Below are positions 27,934 through 38,728 of a stretch of DNA of 64,000 bases, in pieces. The stretch comes from Ignavibacteriota bacterium (GTDB lineage Bacteria; Bacteroidota; Ignavibacteria; UBA10030; SZUA-254), in contig JACREZ010000002.1 of the NCBI GenBank assembly GCA_016212665.1, positions 15,509-79,508 on the forward strand. Direction: 5' to 3'. The notes beneath the pieces are model-generated. The model ran no database searches and was not told where the DNA came from. It saw only the letters and a list, made by a program, of their open reading frames with translations. The stretch's first letter is position 1. Each line of letters starts with the position of its first letter. Made by a program: the position numbers and the translations under genes.

Positions 27934-28709
27934 TCCAACTTTTCCTTCTTCAAAAATGATTCAATTCCTTTTTTGAATTCTTCTGTCTTCCTTGTCATTG
28001 AGTTAAGATTCGCGGCAAATTCAAGCGCATCTTTGAAACTCAATTCGTTCAGCCGTGAAATCAATTCTTTCGTCAATGAAACAGCATTGGGGCTTGTCGT
28101 CTTTGCAAGCGTTGTTGCAAACGACATGACATGTTCTTTCAATTTTTCATCATCAACTATTTCTGTTGCAAGCCCTCGTTCTTTTGCAATCAAAGAATTT
28201 AGAACTTCACCTTGCAACACAAATTCTTTCGCACGCCCTTCCCCCATTCGTTTGATGAGAAAGGGTAAAATCAACGCGGGAACGAATCCAATTCGAACTT
28301 CAGGAACACCGAACTTCGCACGCTCTTTTCCGGCAAAAACATAATCACACGTGATGGCTAAGCCACAACCGCCACCAAGAGCAGAATCGTTCACCATTGC
28401 AACCACCGGTTTTTTGAGTGTGTAAATCAGTTGCAGAAGTTTCATCAACGCTTTTGCATCTTCAAGATTTTCTTCCTGCGTTTTTGCTGAAATCTGTTCA
28501 AGAAATTCCAGATCCATACCTGCGCAGAATGAGTTCTCCGCGCCGGTGAGAATAATAACACGACAATTTGCATTTCGCCCGAGCGCTTGGAAAGACTCTG
28601 TCAACTCACGAATCATCACATCGTTCAAAGCGTTGCGTCGTTCCGGGCGATTCATGGTGACGGTCGCTACTCGCTCATCGAGCGTGTAGAAAACCGTCGA
28701 AAAGTTCAT
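27927..28709 (-). CDS. Enoyl-CoA hydratase/isomerase (methylglutaconyl-CoA hydratase-like)
   Basis: NRPERRNAL, FCAGMDL, ALGGGCGL, PEVRIG. Confidence 0.9.
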   Translation of the reverse strand: MNFSTVFYTLDERVATVTMNRPERRNALNDVMIRELTESFQALGRNANCRVIILTGAENSFCAGMDLEFLEQISAKTQEENLEDAKALMKLLQLIYTLKKPVVAMVNDSALGGGCGLAITCDYVFAGKERAKFGVPEVRIGFVPALILPFLIKRMGEGRAKEFVLQGEVLNSLIAKERGLATEIVDDEKLKEHVMSFATTLAKTTSPNAVSLTKELISRLNELSFKDALEFAANLNSMTRKTEEFKKGIESFLKKEKLEW

Positions 28710-28747
28710 GCGTATAATAACATTTTCCTTCGGGTTGTGGACACTTA

Positions 28748-29578
28748 TTATTTTCGATTGAGATGTTTTGACAATTCTTTCTTGAGAATTTCGAACGCCT
28801 CTTCGGGCGTGTCGGCAAAATGAAACAACTTCAAATCTTGCTTTGAGATTGTATGATATTTTACCATGAAATCAAAATTAAGAACCTGCTTCCAATACTT
28901 CGGACCGTACAAAACAACCGGCATTTTGGTTTTCACTTTCGTCGTCTGTATCAGTGTCAGTACCTCCATCATTTCATCCATCGTCCCAAAGCCGCCTGGG
29001 AACATCACCAACGCCTCTGCAAGCGACATGAACCAAAGTTTTCGCATGAAGAAATAATGAAACTCGAAATTCAAATTCTTTGAGATGTAGGGATTCGATT
29101 CCTGTTCGTGGGGTAAACTTATATTCAATCCGATTGATTTGCCTCCGGAAAGCAACGCTCCCTTGTTCGCTGCTTCCATTATTCCCGGTCCGCCGCCAGA
29201 ACAAATTACAAACCTGTGTCCATTCTCCAAGCCCAATGACCACTTTGTCAGCATCGTTGAAAGCCTGTACGCATCTTCATAGTAGCGAGACATTTCAACA
29301 TCAATCTCTGCTTCATGAATTTGCTTTACTATTTTTTTTGTTTGATTTGAACTGCCTTTGACTTTCTTTTTCAAGTTCCCCAAAATCTTTTTTGATTCAG
29401 TCAATGGTTTGATTCTTGCCGAACCAAAGAACACAATCGCTTCGTTAATTCCCTCCGCTTTGAAGCGACTTGCCGGCTCTAAAAATTCGGTGAGAATTCT
29501 GATAGAACGCGCTTCCGGTCCGACAAGAAATTCCATGTTTTTATATGCTTTAGGTGTGCGTATGCTTTTGCTTTTCAT
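28748..29578 (-). CDS. LOG family (TIGR00730) protein
   Basis: FFGSAR, SGGGPGIMEAAN, GLNISLPHEQ, FPGGFGTMDE. Confidence 0.93.
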   Translation of the reverse strand: MKSKSIRTPKAYKNMEFLVGPEARSIRILTEFLEPASRFKAEGINEAIVFFGSARIKPLTESKKILGNLKKKVKGSSNQTKKIVKQIHEAEIDVEMSRYYEDAYRLSTMLTKWSLGLENGHRFVICSGGGPGIMEAANKGALLSGGKSIGLNISLPHEQESNPYISKNLNFEFHYFFMRKLWFMSLAEALVMFPGGFGTMDEMMEVLTLIQTTKVKTKMPVVLYGPKYWKQVLNFDFMVKYHTISKQDLKLFHFADTPEEAFEILKKELSKHLNRK

Positions 29579-29587
29579 TCTCTTTCC

Positions 29588-30322
29588 TTATGCGGAACGA
29601 CCGCCATCAATGGTAAAAGTTTGTCCGGTGATATATTCAGCAGTCGTTGCAAGATAGACAACCATACTTGTAATGTCAGTTGAGTTACCGTAACGCCTGA
29701 GTGGAATCGCTTGCACACTCACCTGACTTGTCGTTGATGCAACTTCATCCATCTCAATTGTTCCGGGTGCGATTGCATTAACATAAATATTCGGTGCAAG
29801 CGATTTTGCCAAGCACCGCGTCAACATAATGACGCCCGCTTTGGAAACGCTGTACGGCAAGTGCTTACTCCACGCTTGCAATCCACCAAGTGAAGCAATG
29901 TTAATAATGCGTCCCTCTTTTTGGTTGAGCATGAAAGGCGCAACCGCTTGTGAACAAAGAAATGTTCCTTTCAGATTTGTGTCAAGCGTCGAATCCCACA
30001 TCTCTTCAGAAATATTTTCCAATGTGCTTTCCACAAAAATTGCCGCATTATTTACCAATACGTCAATTCGTTTGAATTTCTTCATCGTTGAATCCACAAG
30101 TTTCTTCACTTGCTTTTTGTCTCGAACATCTGCTTTCAACGCGATTGCTTCTCGCCCTAATTTCTGAATTGATTGTATCGTCCGATTCGCACCTGTCCGC
30201 GATGAATTATATCCGATGGCTACATCGAATCCATGCTCAGCCAATGCAATCGCAATATGTTTCCCCAAACGCTTTCCACCCCCTGTTACAATTGCAACTT
30301 TTCTTGCTGGATGTTTCATCAT
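29588..30322 (-). CDS. SDR family oxidoreductase (pteridine reductase-like)
   Basis: TGGGKRLG, LVNNA, YSVSK, VNAIAPG, ITGQ..IDGG. Confidence 0.9.
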   Translation of the reverse strand: MMKHPARKVAIVTGGGKRLGKHIAIALAEHGFDVAIGYNSSRTGANRTIQSIQKLGREAIALKADVRDKKQVKKLVDSTMKKFKRIDVLVNNAAIFVESTLENISEEMWDSTLDTNLKGTFLCSQAVAPFMLNQKEGRIINIASLGGLQAWSKHLPYSVSKAGVIMLTRCLAKSLAPNIYVNAIAPGTIEMDEVASTTSQVSVQAIPLRRYGNSTDITSMVVYLATTAEYITGQTFTIDGGRSA

Positions 30323-31335
30323 TGAATATCGAACGGCAGTGTTGAAACCCGAACAGGAATTGATTCTTTAATTTGTTCGTTTTGAAACTGGAGAACATCA
30401 GATTCAACACTCGTTTTCAAATAACCGAGAGCAATGTGCTTTCTAAACTTCTCCGACCATGCATGACTCGTCGTCCAGCCAACTTCTTCTCCCTCGAAAA
30501 ATATCTTCCCGTTTGCTACCTTGTTTCTTCCCTCATCATCAAAAATAAATCCAACCAAACGCCGTTGCAGTTTCTTATACGTATCAATTCGTGCAACTAC
30601 TTCCTGACCGATGTAACAACCTTTCGTCCAACTGATGAATCGCTCCAATCCTGCTTCGAGCGGATTGATGTGTTCAGTCAACTCGAAACCGAACTTCGGA
30701 ACTCCGTTCTCAATCCGGTAAGACTCAAACGCATCCGATTCATTTCCTACAGTACCCAAGTAAGAAAATAGTTCACTGTTGACTTCACGCTTTTGATTAT
30801 GTCTCACCAAACAATGAACCATCCTCTCCCCCCATAATGAATCTTGAAAGGTAATTCCATCTTGTGCTTGTTCGGAAAATTTACTGACTATTTGCTCTGC
30901 CCGTTCTCCAACCACTGCAAAATGTTCATACTCACCAGTCACATTCCGAAGATGTACATCCTCTGTGAATAAAAACTTCTCTAACCATTTCAAAACAATT
31001 CCAGCATTAACAGATTGCAGTATCATAAGAAATTCTTCGTTCTTCCGAATCACGGTCGCAACGTCAACAACCTTGGCTTTCTCAGTTACTAATATTGTTG
31101 TCACAAATTGATGTTCGGAAATCGCCTTTAACTCATTGGTCGAAAGTCGTTGAAGAAAATCAAGCGAATCCTTTCCCCTGACTGAAAGTATTGCATTGGT
31201 ACATTGAATCAGCATGGCAGATTCAACCAACAAATGATATTCCTCAAACAATGTTGTGCTGGAAAAAGATGGCGAGCCACTTTGATTTTCCATAGCAGGC
31301 GGCACAGTGTTCTGTAATTCCACTGTGGAAATCAT
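30319..31335 (-). CDS. ygfZ: YgfZ/GcvT family folate-binding Fe-S assembly protein
   Basis: KGCYIGQEVVARI signature; FLQRLSTNE. Confidence 0.88.
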   Translation of the reverse strand: MISTVELQNTVPPAMENQSGSPSFSSTTLFEEYHLLVESAMLIQCTNAILSVRGKDSLDFLQRLSTNELKAISEHQFVTTILVTEKAKVVDVATVIRKNEEFLMILQSVNAGIVLKWLEKFLFTEDVHLRNVTGEYEHFAVVGERAEQIVSKFSEQAQDGITFQDSLWGERMVHCLVRHNQKREVNSELFSYLGTVGNESDAFESYRIENGVPKFGFELTEHINPLEAGLERFISWTKGCYIGQEVVARIDTYKKLQRRLVGFIFDDEGRNKVANGKIFFEGEEVGWTTSHAWSEKFRKHIALGYLKTSVESDVLQFQNEQIKESIPVRVSTLPFDIQ

Positions 31336-31366
31336 AAAGAAAGAAGGAAATCTCGGAGGGGAAAAG

Positions 31367-31439
<73 letters not shown>

Positions 31440-31446
31440 ATAGAAA

Positions 31447-31779
31447 CTATTTGCCTTGCTGTGCGGGGGGTGTGGCTTGCGGTGGCACCGGAGCCGGAAC
31501 AGATGTCGGTTGTCCTTGTTGAATAATACTTTCCACAGCACCTGCTGAACTATCAAGCACAAAGATATTAATGACTAAACACAACGCGAGAAAAACAACG
31601 GCAAGTACCGTCGTTGCTTTACTGAGAAAATCTGCCGCACGACGAGCGCCAAACATTGCCCCCATTTGCGAGCCGCCAAATGCGCCTGCAAGCCCGCTTC
31701 CTTTGCTTGCCTGCATTAAAACAACAATTATTAGTAAAAGAGAGACGATAATCTCAAGAATTGCAAGAATTGTAAACAT
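31447..31779 (-). CDS. secG: Preprotein translocase subunit SecG
   Basis: VVLMQASKGSGLAGAFGG, FLSKAT, two TM helices. Confidence 0.95.
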   Translation of the reverse strand: MFTILAILEIIVSLLLIIVVLMQASKGSGLAGAFGGSQMGAMFGARRAADFLSKATTVLAVVFLALCLVINIFVLDSSAGAVESIIQQGQPTSVPAPVPPQATPPAQQGK

Positions 31780-31864
31780 TATTTGATTCCACTATGATTA
31801 AACGGTTGACAAAATACGAAAAAATGAGGGAAGTACAAAACCATTTTGGCATTCGCATCTGAAT

Positions 31865-33133
31865 TCAATAAATCAAATACTGTTCTCTTATTTTCTTGAA
31901 TTCCTCTATTCCATTCTGATAAATACTCCAATCGGTCATCTTCCCCTGAAGAATCATTTTCCTTATTTCACTAACCCCTGCAAGTCTGTCAAATTGCTTC
32001 TCATCAATTGTGAGTTTGTCGGGATACATTTGCTGAAGAATAGTAAGCATCGCAACGGCTGTTTCAACCGGCTTAAACGATGTTCGGTCTGTCACTTTCA
32101 TAAACACTCCCTGACATTCCACATCCTTGTACTTAGGATTTGCCGCCGGAGCAGAATTATCGGCAGGCGTAAAGGTAATAGGTTCAAAAAGAATTCCTGG
32201 CAGATGAAGGGCATTCAAGGATGATGAAAACAATTCCTTATCAATCCATGGCGCACCGATAAATTCAAACGGATTTGATGTTCCCCGCCCTTCAGAGACA
32301 TTTGTTGCCTCGAACAAGCATGTCCCCGGGTAGACTATTGCAGTTGCCAGTGTTTTTATATTTGGCGATGGCGGAGTCCAGTGTAACATCCCCTGATTGT
32401 ACCACAATCCCCGTTCCCATCCTCTCATCGGAATAATACTCAGTTTAAGCGAATCAATTTTCCACCACTCGTATCGAATCATCCGCGCAATCTCCCCTAT
32501 GGTCAAACCGTGGCGAATCGGAATCGGGAAGATTCCGACAAATGACGAAAACGAAGTATCAAGCACCGGTCCTTCTACATCAACACCGTTAATCGGATTC
32601 GGTCGGTCAAAAACAATAAACTCCTTCTTTTGTTCAGCCGCTGCTTGCATTGCATACGCCATCGTACTTACATAAGTATAAAATCTCGCCCCGACATCCT
32701 GCATATCGAAAATGAGCACATCAACTTCTTCAAGCATTTCTTTCGTCGGCTTTTTATTTTTTCCATATAACGAATAAATCGGTATCCCAAGGAGCGGGTC
32801 AACTGTTGATTCAACTGACGTTCCGGCAGGCGCTTCTCCGCGGAATCCATGTTCCGGGCTAAACAATGCCGTTACATGAATTCCTTTCTCAACAAAATAA
32901 TCAACGATGTGAACACCATTCGATAGGAGCGATGTCTTGTTACAAACAATACCTACTCGCTTTTGTGAAACTATCATTGAATGTTTGAAATAAAACTCAT
33001 CAGCGCCTGTTTTAATCTGACGTGCCTGCTGGGAAAAGATGGAAGTACAAAGCGCTAAATACAAAAGACTTAGTACAAAAGCGTTTTTGACTATAACGGT
33101 AAATGATGGGAGTGATGTTTGAGTCTCGTTCAT
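31865..33133 (-). CDS. namZ: DUF1343/NamZ exo-beta-N-acetylmuramidase
   Basis: LFSPEHGFRG, DMQDVGARFYTY, DRPNP, RHGLTIGE, PPSPN, SEGRGT. Confidence 0.9.
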   Translation of the reverse strand: MNETQTSLPSFTVIVKNAFVLSLLYLALCTSIFSQQARQIKTGADEFYFKHSMIVSQKRVGIVCNKTSLLSNGVHIVDYFVEKGIHVTALFSPEHGFRGEAPAGTSVESTVDPLLGIPIYSLYGKNKKPTKEMLEEVDVLIFDMQDVGARFYTYVSTMAYAMQAAAEQKKEFIVFDRPNPINGVDVEGPVLDTSFSSFVGIFPIPIRHGLTIGEIARMIRYEWWKIDSLKLSIIPMRGWERGLWYNQGMLHWTPPSPNIKTLATAIVYPGTCLFEATNVSEGRGTSNPFEFIGAPWIDKELFSSSLNALHLPGILFEPITFTPADNSAPAANPKYKDVECQGVFMKVTDRTSFKPVETAVAMLTILQQMYPDKLTIDEKQFDRLAGVSEIRKMILQGKMTDWSIYQNGIEEFKKIREQYLIY

Positions 33134-33151
33134 AAATACAAGTATTCAGAT

Positions 33152-33808
33152 TTATTTCCAGAGTATTATTTCGTTAGAAGATTTCCTTTGAATATCCGGG
33201 ACATGAACTCCCTCGGCTTGGTAGCCAATTGGAAGAAGGAGAAATGGTCGTTCATTCTCAGGTCGTTTGAGTATTTTTTGCAAAAAATTCATCGGGTTTG
33301 GTGTGTGCGTAAGCGAAACCAAGCCTGCATTATGAATTGTTGCAAGTAAAAAACCTACGGCAATTCCAACAGATTCCTTCACGTAATAGTTCTTTTTGAG
33401 ATTATCATTTTCTTTTTCATACTCAATGGAAAAGACAACGATAAGAGCGGGAGCAATTTCTAAAAATTCTTTGTGCCAATCCGTTCCGAGCGCGGCTAAA
33501 TCATCGAGCCATTGTTTGGGCATCCGATGTTCATAACTTTCCCGCTCCTCTTTTTCTGCGGCGATGCGAATTTCTCTTTTCAACTCAGGTTCAGTAACAA
33601 CAACGAATCGCCACGGTTGCTTGTTTGCACCCGATGGAGCGGTTCCGGCTGTGCGTAACAAGGTTTCGAGCAATTCACGGGAAACAGGTTTGTCGGAAAA
33701 CTCTCGCACCGTGCGTCTCTTCTGACATAGTTCAAAGTAACTCTTCGCCCGTTCCAACTGTTCTTCTTCTGAAAACCGAAGAGCGTCATATCGAATAAAT
33801 GCTGGCAT
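33152..33808 (-). CDS. Nitroreductase family, iodotyrosine deiodinase-like
   Basis: RRTVREFS, TAPSGANKQPW, AEKEE, YYVKESVGIA, LTHTPNPM; start moved to MPAFIRY. Confidence 0.85.
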   Translation of the reverse strand: MPAFIRYDALRFSEEEQLERAKSYFELCQKRRTVREFSDKPVSRELLETLLRTAGTAPSGANKQPWRFVVVTEPELKREIRIAAEKEERESYEHRMPKQWLDDLAALGTDWHKEFLEIAPALIVVFSIEYEKENDNLKKNYYVKESVGIAVGFLLATIHNAGLVSLTHTPNPMNFLQKILKRPENERPFLLLPIGYQAEGVHVPDIQRKSSNEIILWK

Positions 33809-33913
33809 CACTCTGTAGAAATAAGAAACCCTATCCAAACGGACAGGGCTTCATAATGAAAGAGATAATAATTAAGTCGTCAACCTACGGTTCGTAGAAT
33901 GATTCAATCGTCA

Positions 33914-35179
33914 TTATCTGTTTAAGTACACGTATAATTCCATTCCCGGTTTGAGGACATCACCCGGTTTCAGGATATTCCATTTCATAAGTTGCTCTTC
34001 CGTAACATTATGCTTTCGGCTGACCGATGCAATGTTATCACCGCTCTTACATGTATAAACCGTAAGTTCACCGGAATCTTCAATGCCTGTAGCGGCAGGT
34101 AGTCCTTCTTGAGAAGATAACGCTGTACCGCGTGATTGTTGCAAAATAGATTGCAAAACTTTTCTTGCTTCAGGTGAAATATCTGCATTTGCTTCTACAC
34201 CTGTCGGTTTGTATGAATCATCCACTTCTCCTCCTCCTCCTGTTGTCGGAACATCAGGTTCGGCGGCGTAGGTTTCTTCCGGTTGTTCTGCCATGCCACC
34301 GACTAATGCACTAATATCCTTCACAGAAGATTTGTTCACCACGTATAACTTCTGGTCGGTGGATGACTTTAATAAATATTGGTTTTTGAATTTGGGATGA
34401 TTGTAAAAATCAAGCCGCATCAATTCGTCCGTCATTAACTCAACATGTAATGCAGGCGAACCGGATAAAAACACAACAGTATCAATGAAACCTTCAGCAC
34501 GTAAGTACGAAAGTTGTTGCACGGCAGGTTTCATTCGCTTTGCAGGAACAGTGGCGCCGCCGGAAGTCCACTTCTTATCATCACGCTTGAACACTGCACG
34601 CTCTCCACCGGCGAGAACGGTAAGCATTTTCATCATTCGCGGTTCAACCCGAACAACTGTTTTCTGTCTCCAGTCGCTCAAACTTTTTCCGACAAGTGAT
34701 GGAACTAATCCTTTTGCAAGATAGACAGAACCTGAAGATGCAGGTCGAACATATGCCTGTCCTGATGTTTGTCCAAGTTTTCCGACAATGAGAGTCGTCT
34801 GCTGATTCCCATCAGTCGTAACCGTGACGGATGTTCCCTTATCATCAACTTCATACATCGCTTGCTTTTGTGGATTGGATGAAATTAAACCGAGTAAACT
34901 AAACTTCGCGAATCCTTCGAGTAAACCATAGATGGCTTCATCGTCCGCATACGTGTTGATGGGGTCGATAATTTTCCATCTGTCTTTAATTTTTTCGAAC
35001 CGGATATACTGTTTGTTTTTGTCTATCTCGATTTTGGTAATCTTCCCGATATCGAACGTCAGCGTAATGTCAGGCTTCTCATATGTTGATTCCTGACTCT
35101 CCTTCGGTTTGATATAAAAATACGCGACAACTAAAACAATGACTACAAGAAATAATAAAAAATAAGATGACCGTTTCAT
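33914..35179 (-). CDS. DUF4340 domain protein with C-terminal LysM
   Basis: N-terminal anchor, WKIIDP, LIVGK...YVR, SDWRQK; C-terminal YTCKSGDNIASVSRKHNV...WN...LKPGMEL. Confidence 0.75.
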   Translation of the reverse strand: MKRSSYFLLFLVVIVLVVAYFYIKPKESQESTYEKPDITLTFDIGKITKIEIDKNKQYIRFEKIKDRWKIIDPINTYADDEAIYGLLEGFAKFSLLGLISSNPQKQAMYEVDDKGTSVTVTTDGNQQTTLIVGKLGQTSGQAYVRPASSGSVYLAKGLVPSLVGKSLSDWRQKTVVRVEPRMMKMLTVLAGGERAVFKRDDKKWTSGGATVPAKRMKPAVQQLSYLRAEGFIDTVVFLSGSPALHVELMTDELMRLDFYNHPKFKNQYLLKSSTDQKLYVVNKSSVKDISALVGGMAEQPEETYAAEPDVPTTGGGGEVDDSYKPTGVEANADISPEARKVLQSILQQSRGTALSSQEGLPAATGIEDSGELTVYTCKSGDNIASVSRKHNVTEEQLMKWNILKPGDVLKPGMELYVYLNR

Positions 35180-35188
35180 ACAACCTCA

Positions 35189-37504
35189 TCAATAACTTTT
35201 GTGACGTTTACGACGCGCGGCATTCATCATCAGGCGTAAGAAGCCTATAAGAATGATAAGTGCCGGAGGCGCTGTGAAATTAAAATATTTAACAAATGTC
35301 TTCGTTCCTTCGCTAACATCGGTAAATTGTTTCGGCGAAGGGTCCCGCATCTTCATTGATGCAAGTTCAATATCATCAACAAGCCAATCTACAGCCGTTG
35401 ATGCAAATTCAATATTCTGCTGACCATACTGTGCCGCATCCAAGACAAAATCACCATCCCCGATAATGACAATTCTCGTATTCTGACTTCTCGCCGGAAT
35501 CGGGTCTTCATAATCCGCTTCATCTTCTTTGATGATTTTCAACTCAACTGCCCGATTGAGCGTGTACATACTCTTGAATTGTCCTTCAAGCGCGGCGGCA
35601 ACAGGAATATCCTCCAGCGTGAACATATCCTCAGGAAATATCTGAGCCGGGTCAGTATCAATTTGTTCACCTTCCATTCTTGTCGTTCTGTTTGATGTTG
35701 TTAGCAATGCATCACCGGATACTCCACGGATACTTGCAATCTTCGGGTCAACCGTACTTACAAATGTGAACGCTACGGGTTGCAGATTCTTAAATGCAAT
35801 ATTACTCTGATTGAATTTTCCAGTCAGAGGATAAAACGGATAAGCAACATCGGTCGGAAGTGCGGTTGCAAGTGTGTCCACTTTTGCCGTAATGGTTACA
35901 CACGTCGCATCAAGTAAGAGGTCCGTTCCGAGTGCGCAACCCCAATTTTCAATCATATCTCCAAGATTCAAATCAATAACACTTGAGCGATGAGTCAATG
36001 AATCAACAACAACTGTATTGATGAACATAGCTAATTTTCCGCCACGCATAACATAATTGTTCAATTGATATTTGTCTTTTTCACTGAAGCGATTTTTGGG
36101 CGACACAATCAATAAAATTGAAATATCTTCCGGAACGGCTTTGTTTCCGCCGGAAAGATTGACGGTACGAATTTGATATTGCTTGGAAAGTTCTTTCCGA
36201 AACGCATTCATTTTTTCGGGAGATGTTTCACCATGCCCGGTAAGGATTCCGATTTTATGTGCCTGAGGGACCAGCAATTTTTTCATGTTGCGGGTAATGT
36301 AATACTCAAGATGGTCAAGTTGTTCAACCACAGGCAAACGCTCGGATTTATCACCGTACGAAAAGACTAAACCGGCATATCCTTTTTGTGTTTGATACTG
36401 GTCGTCTTTGATAACTTTTGTTTGTACCGGTTCCATTCCTTCGGAAATGGCTTCTCGCTCTGCATCCGGGTCATCCGCAACGGGAATAAATTGATAGTGA
36501 AATGCCTGCGGAGAATGAGCACGAAACTCATCTAATTGTTCCTGAACGATACGCTTATGATTATGATATGGGGGCGGTAAGTTCGGAGTAAAATATGCTT
36601 TCACAAGGAAATTATCGTCAAGATAATTCAAGAGACTCTTCGTCGTCGGGGTCAAAGTATATAACTTCTCTCTGGTTAAATCTACACGATAAAAAATCCT
36701 GAATGATAAGAGATTGAAAAACACAAGGATAACAAGCACCAAACCGAGTTTTGGAACTTCCCGCTTCCAATCAAAACTTTTTAAGCGCCAGACATTTCGT
36801 ATGCTTTCTTTATGGGCAAACGAAGTTGCAAGCAGAAGCGAGAAAATCATTACCGTCAGGTAGTAAACAATGTCGCGGGAATCAAGCACACCACGCGCAA
36901 CGCTCGCATAATGATTGACAACTCCAAGATATTCCACAGCCGAAACTACATTCAACGGTAGGTATATCAGAATTTTATCTATCGTAAAGAGAATTAAGAT
37001 GATGACGAAACTGATGATGAACGAAACAATTTGGTTTTCACTCATCGCTGAACCCAACATGCCAATGGCAATGAATGCACCGCCGAGTAACATCAAACCA
37101 AAATAACCGCCGAATACAGGTCCGATATCAATATTACCGAGGAGCCAGACAGTAAAAAGATAGAGCAACGTTGGAAGTAAGGCAACCAAAATCAGAAACC
37201 ATGCTGCGAGGAATTTCCCCATGACAATTTCACCGACTTTGATTGGCTTCGTGTTGAGTGTTTCGTAGGTGCCTGATTTTCGTTCTTCTGCAATCAGCCG
37301 CATTGTTATCGCTGATGCAAAGAAGAGTAACAACCACGGAGTTGATTCAAATAACAACCGTAACGAAGCAACGTTTTCTAAGAAGAGATTGCTGACGAAA
37401 TACGAACCATTCAATAAAAGAAAAATGATGATGTAAATGTAAGCAACCGGAGAATCAAAATAAGAACGGAGTTCCTTTTTGAAAATGATATTTATGTGTT
37501 TCAT
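35189..37504 (-). CDS. Fused GldF-type ABC-2 permease and GldG domain protein
   Basis: KKELRSYFDSPVAY, MRLIAEERKSGT, GVLDSRD; then DLTREKLYTL, GHGE, YVMRGG, IGDGDF. Confidence 0.85.
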   Translation of the reverse strand: MKHINIIFKKELRSYFDSPVAYIYIIIFLLLNGSYFVSNLFLENVASLRLLFESTPWLLLFFASAITMRLIAEERKSGTYETLNTKPIKVGEIVMGKFLAAWFLILVALLPTLLYLFTVWLLGNIDIGPVFGGYFGLMLLGGAFIAIGMLGSAMSENQIVSFIISFVIILILFTIDKILIYLPLNVVSAVEYLGVVNHYASVARGVLDSRDIVYYLTVMIFSLLLATSFAHKESIRNVWRLKSFDWKREVPKLGLVLVILVFFNLLSFRIFYRVDLTREKLYTLTPTTKSLLNYLDDNFLVKAYFTPNLPPPYHNHKRIVQEQLDEFRAHSPQAFHYQFIPVADDPDAEREAISEGMEPVQTKVIKDDQYQTQKGYAGLVFSYGDKSERLPVVEQLDHLEYYITRNMKKLLVPQAHKIGILTGHGETSPEKMNAFRKELSKQYQIRTVNLSGGNKAVPEDISILLIVSPKNRFSEKDKYQLNNYVMRGGKLAMFINTVVVDSLTHRSSVIDLNLGDMIENWGCALGTDLLLDATCVTITAKVDTLATALPTDVAYPFYPLTGKFNQSNIAFKNLQPVAFTFVSTVDPKIASIRGVSGDALLTTSNRTTRMEGEQIDTDPAQIFPEDMFTLEDIPVAAALEGQFKSMYTLNRAVELKIIKEDEADYEDPIPARSQNTRIVIIGDGDFVLDAAQYGQQNIEFASTAVDWLVDDIELASMKMRDPSPKQFTDVSEGTKTFVKYFNFTAPPALIILIGFLRLMMNAARRKRHKSY

Positions 37505-38466
37505 TGTTTCTCCTTTCCTACCGTTAGTTGGTGGAAAATATCTTCAATGCGGACAACTTGCTGTTGCAAACTTAACAAACTCCAATTCTTTTCTGAACAC
37601 AAATGAGTTAATTGCTTTCTCACTTCCGCGTTCTTTGTCGAATCAATATAAAAGCGGAAGATCTTTTCGCCGTCTGAGACAGTCGAAAGAGGCGAGACGG
37701 AAACTACATTCGGAATCTGTTCAATCATCCTCAAGGCAGAATCTAAAGTTACTCCTTCCGGTTTTTCTATTTCGATGGAGATAACATCTTTCCCGACAAA
37801 CTTTCGTTGCAGTTCAGAAATCGGAGCGTCTGCTAAAATCCGTCCTTTGCCAATGATGATAACACGATTACAGACTGCTTGAACTTCAGCAAGTGCGTGC
37901 GATGAAAGAATAACGGTTTTATCTTTTCCAAGATTAGAAAGAAATTTTCTGAACTCGATAACCTGATTCGGGTCAAGACCATTCGTCGGTTCGTCGAAGA
38001 CGATGACCTTCGGGTCTTGAATCAGCGCTTGCGCCAAGCCGACACGTTGACGATAGCCCTTCGATAACTGACCGATTTTCCGTTCTTTCATTTCATGTAA
38101 TTGAAATGTATCAAGAACATATTTGACTCGGCGCTTCATATCGCTTCTTGGAACATCCTGCAATTCTGCAATAAATTCAAGATAGTCAATGATATCCATG
38201 TCAAAATAGAGAGGGTTTTCTTCAGGCAAATACCCAATCATTTTTCTGGTTTCATGCGGATATTTTTTAATATCCTTCCCGCCAACCTCGACTGTTCCCG
38301 AGGTAGCAGACATGAATCCTGTGACAATACGAACCGTTGTGGTTTTTCCGGCTCCATTCGGACCCAATAAACCCACAACTTCCCCCGGTCGAATCTCGAA
38401 CGAAAGGTTCTCAATGGCTTTAACAGCGCCATAATACTTGGTAAGGTGTTTAACAACAACCGACAT
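37501..38466 (-). CDS. GldA-like ABC transporter ATP-binding protein
   Basis: GPNGAGKTT, GYLPEENPLY, LSKGYRQRVGLAQA, DEPTNGLDP. Confidence 0.92.
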   Translation of the reverse strand: MSVVVKHLTKYYGAVKAIENLSFEIRPGEVVGLLGPNGAGKTTTVRIVTGFMSATSGTVEVGGKDIKKYPHETRKMIGYLPEENPLYFDMDIIDYLEFIAELQDVPRSDMKRRVKYVLDTFQLHEMKERKIGQLSKGYRQRVGLAQALIQDPKVIVFDEPTNGLDPNQVIEFRKFLSNLGKDKTVILSSHALAEVQAVCNRVIIIGKGRILADAPISELQRKFVGKDVISIEIEKPEGVTLDSALRMIEQIPNVVSVSPLSTVSDGEKIFRFYIDSTKNAEVRKQLTHLCSEKNWSLLSLQQQVVRIEDIFHQLTVGKEKQ

Positions 38467-38728
38467 TATGGACTCAATAGTTAATGAATATAATTTTTCG
38501 GGCTAAAGTTAAGATATTTTTTGGTAACAGTCAACTCTTTTTATATAAATTTGTTTGAAAAGTGAAATACACAACTTCTTTTGTTCCCATAGCCTTAGAT
38601 AATATATGAACTTTGGCTATATTGCTCTCAAAGAGTAAAAAAGACATGCAGTTCTTTTTTCGACATAAATCTTGAACGCACTCTCTTTTTTACATTATTT
38701 TGAACTTAACAAATCGAAAAGAACAACA

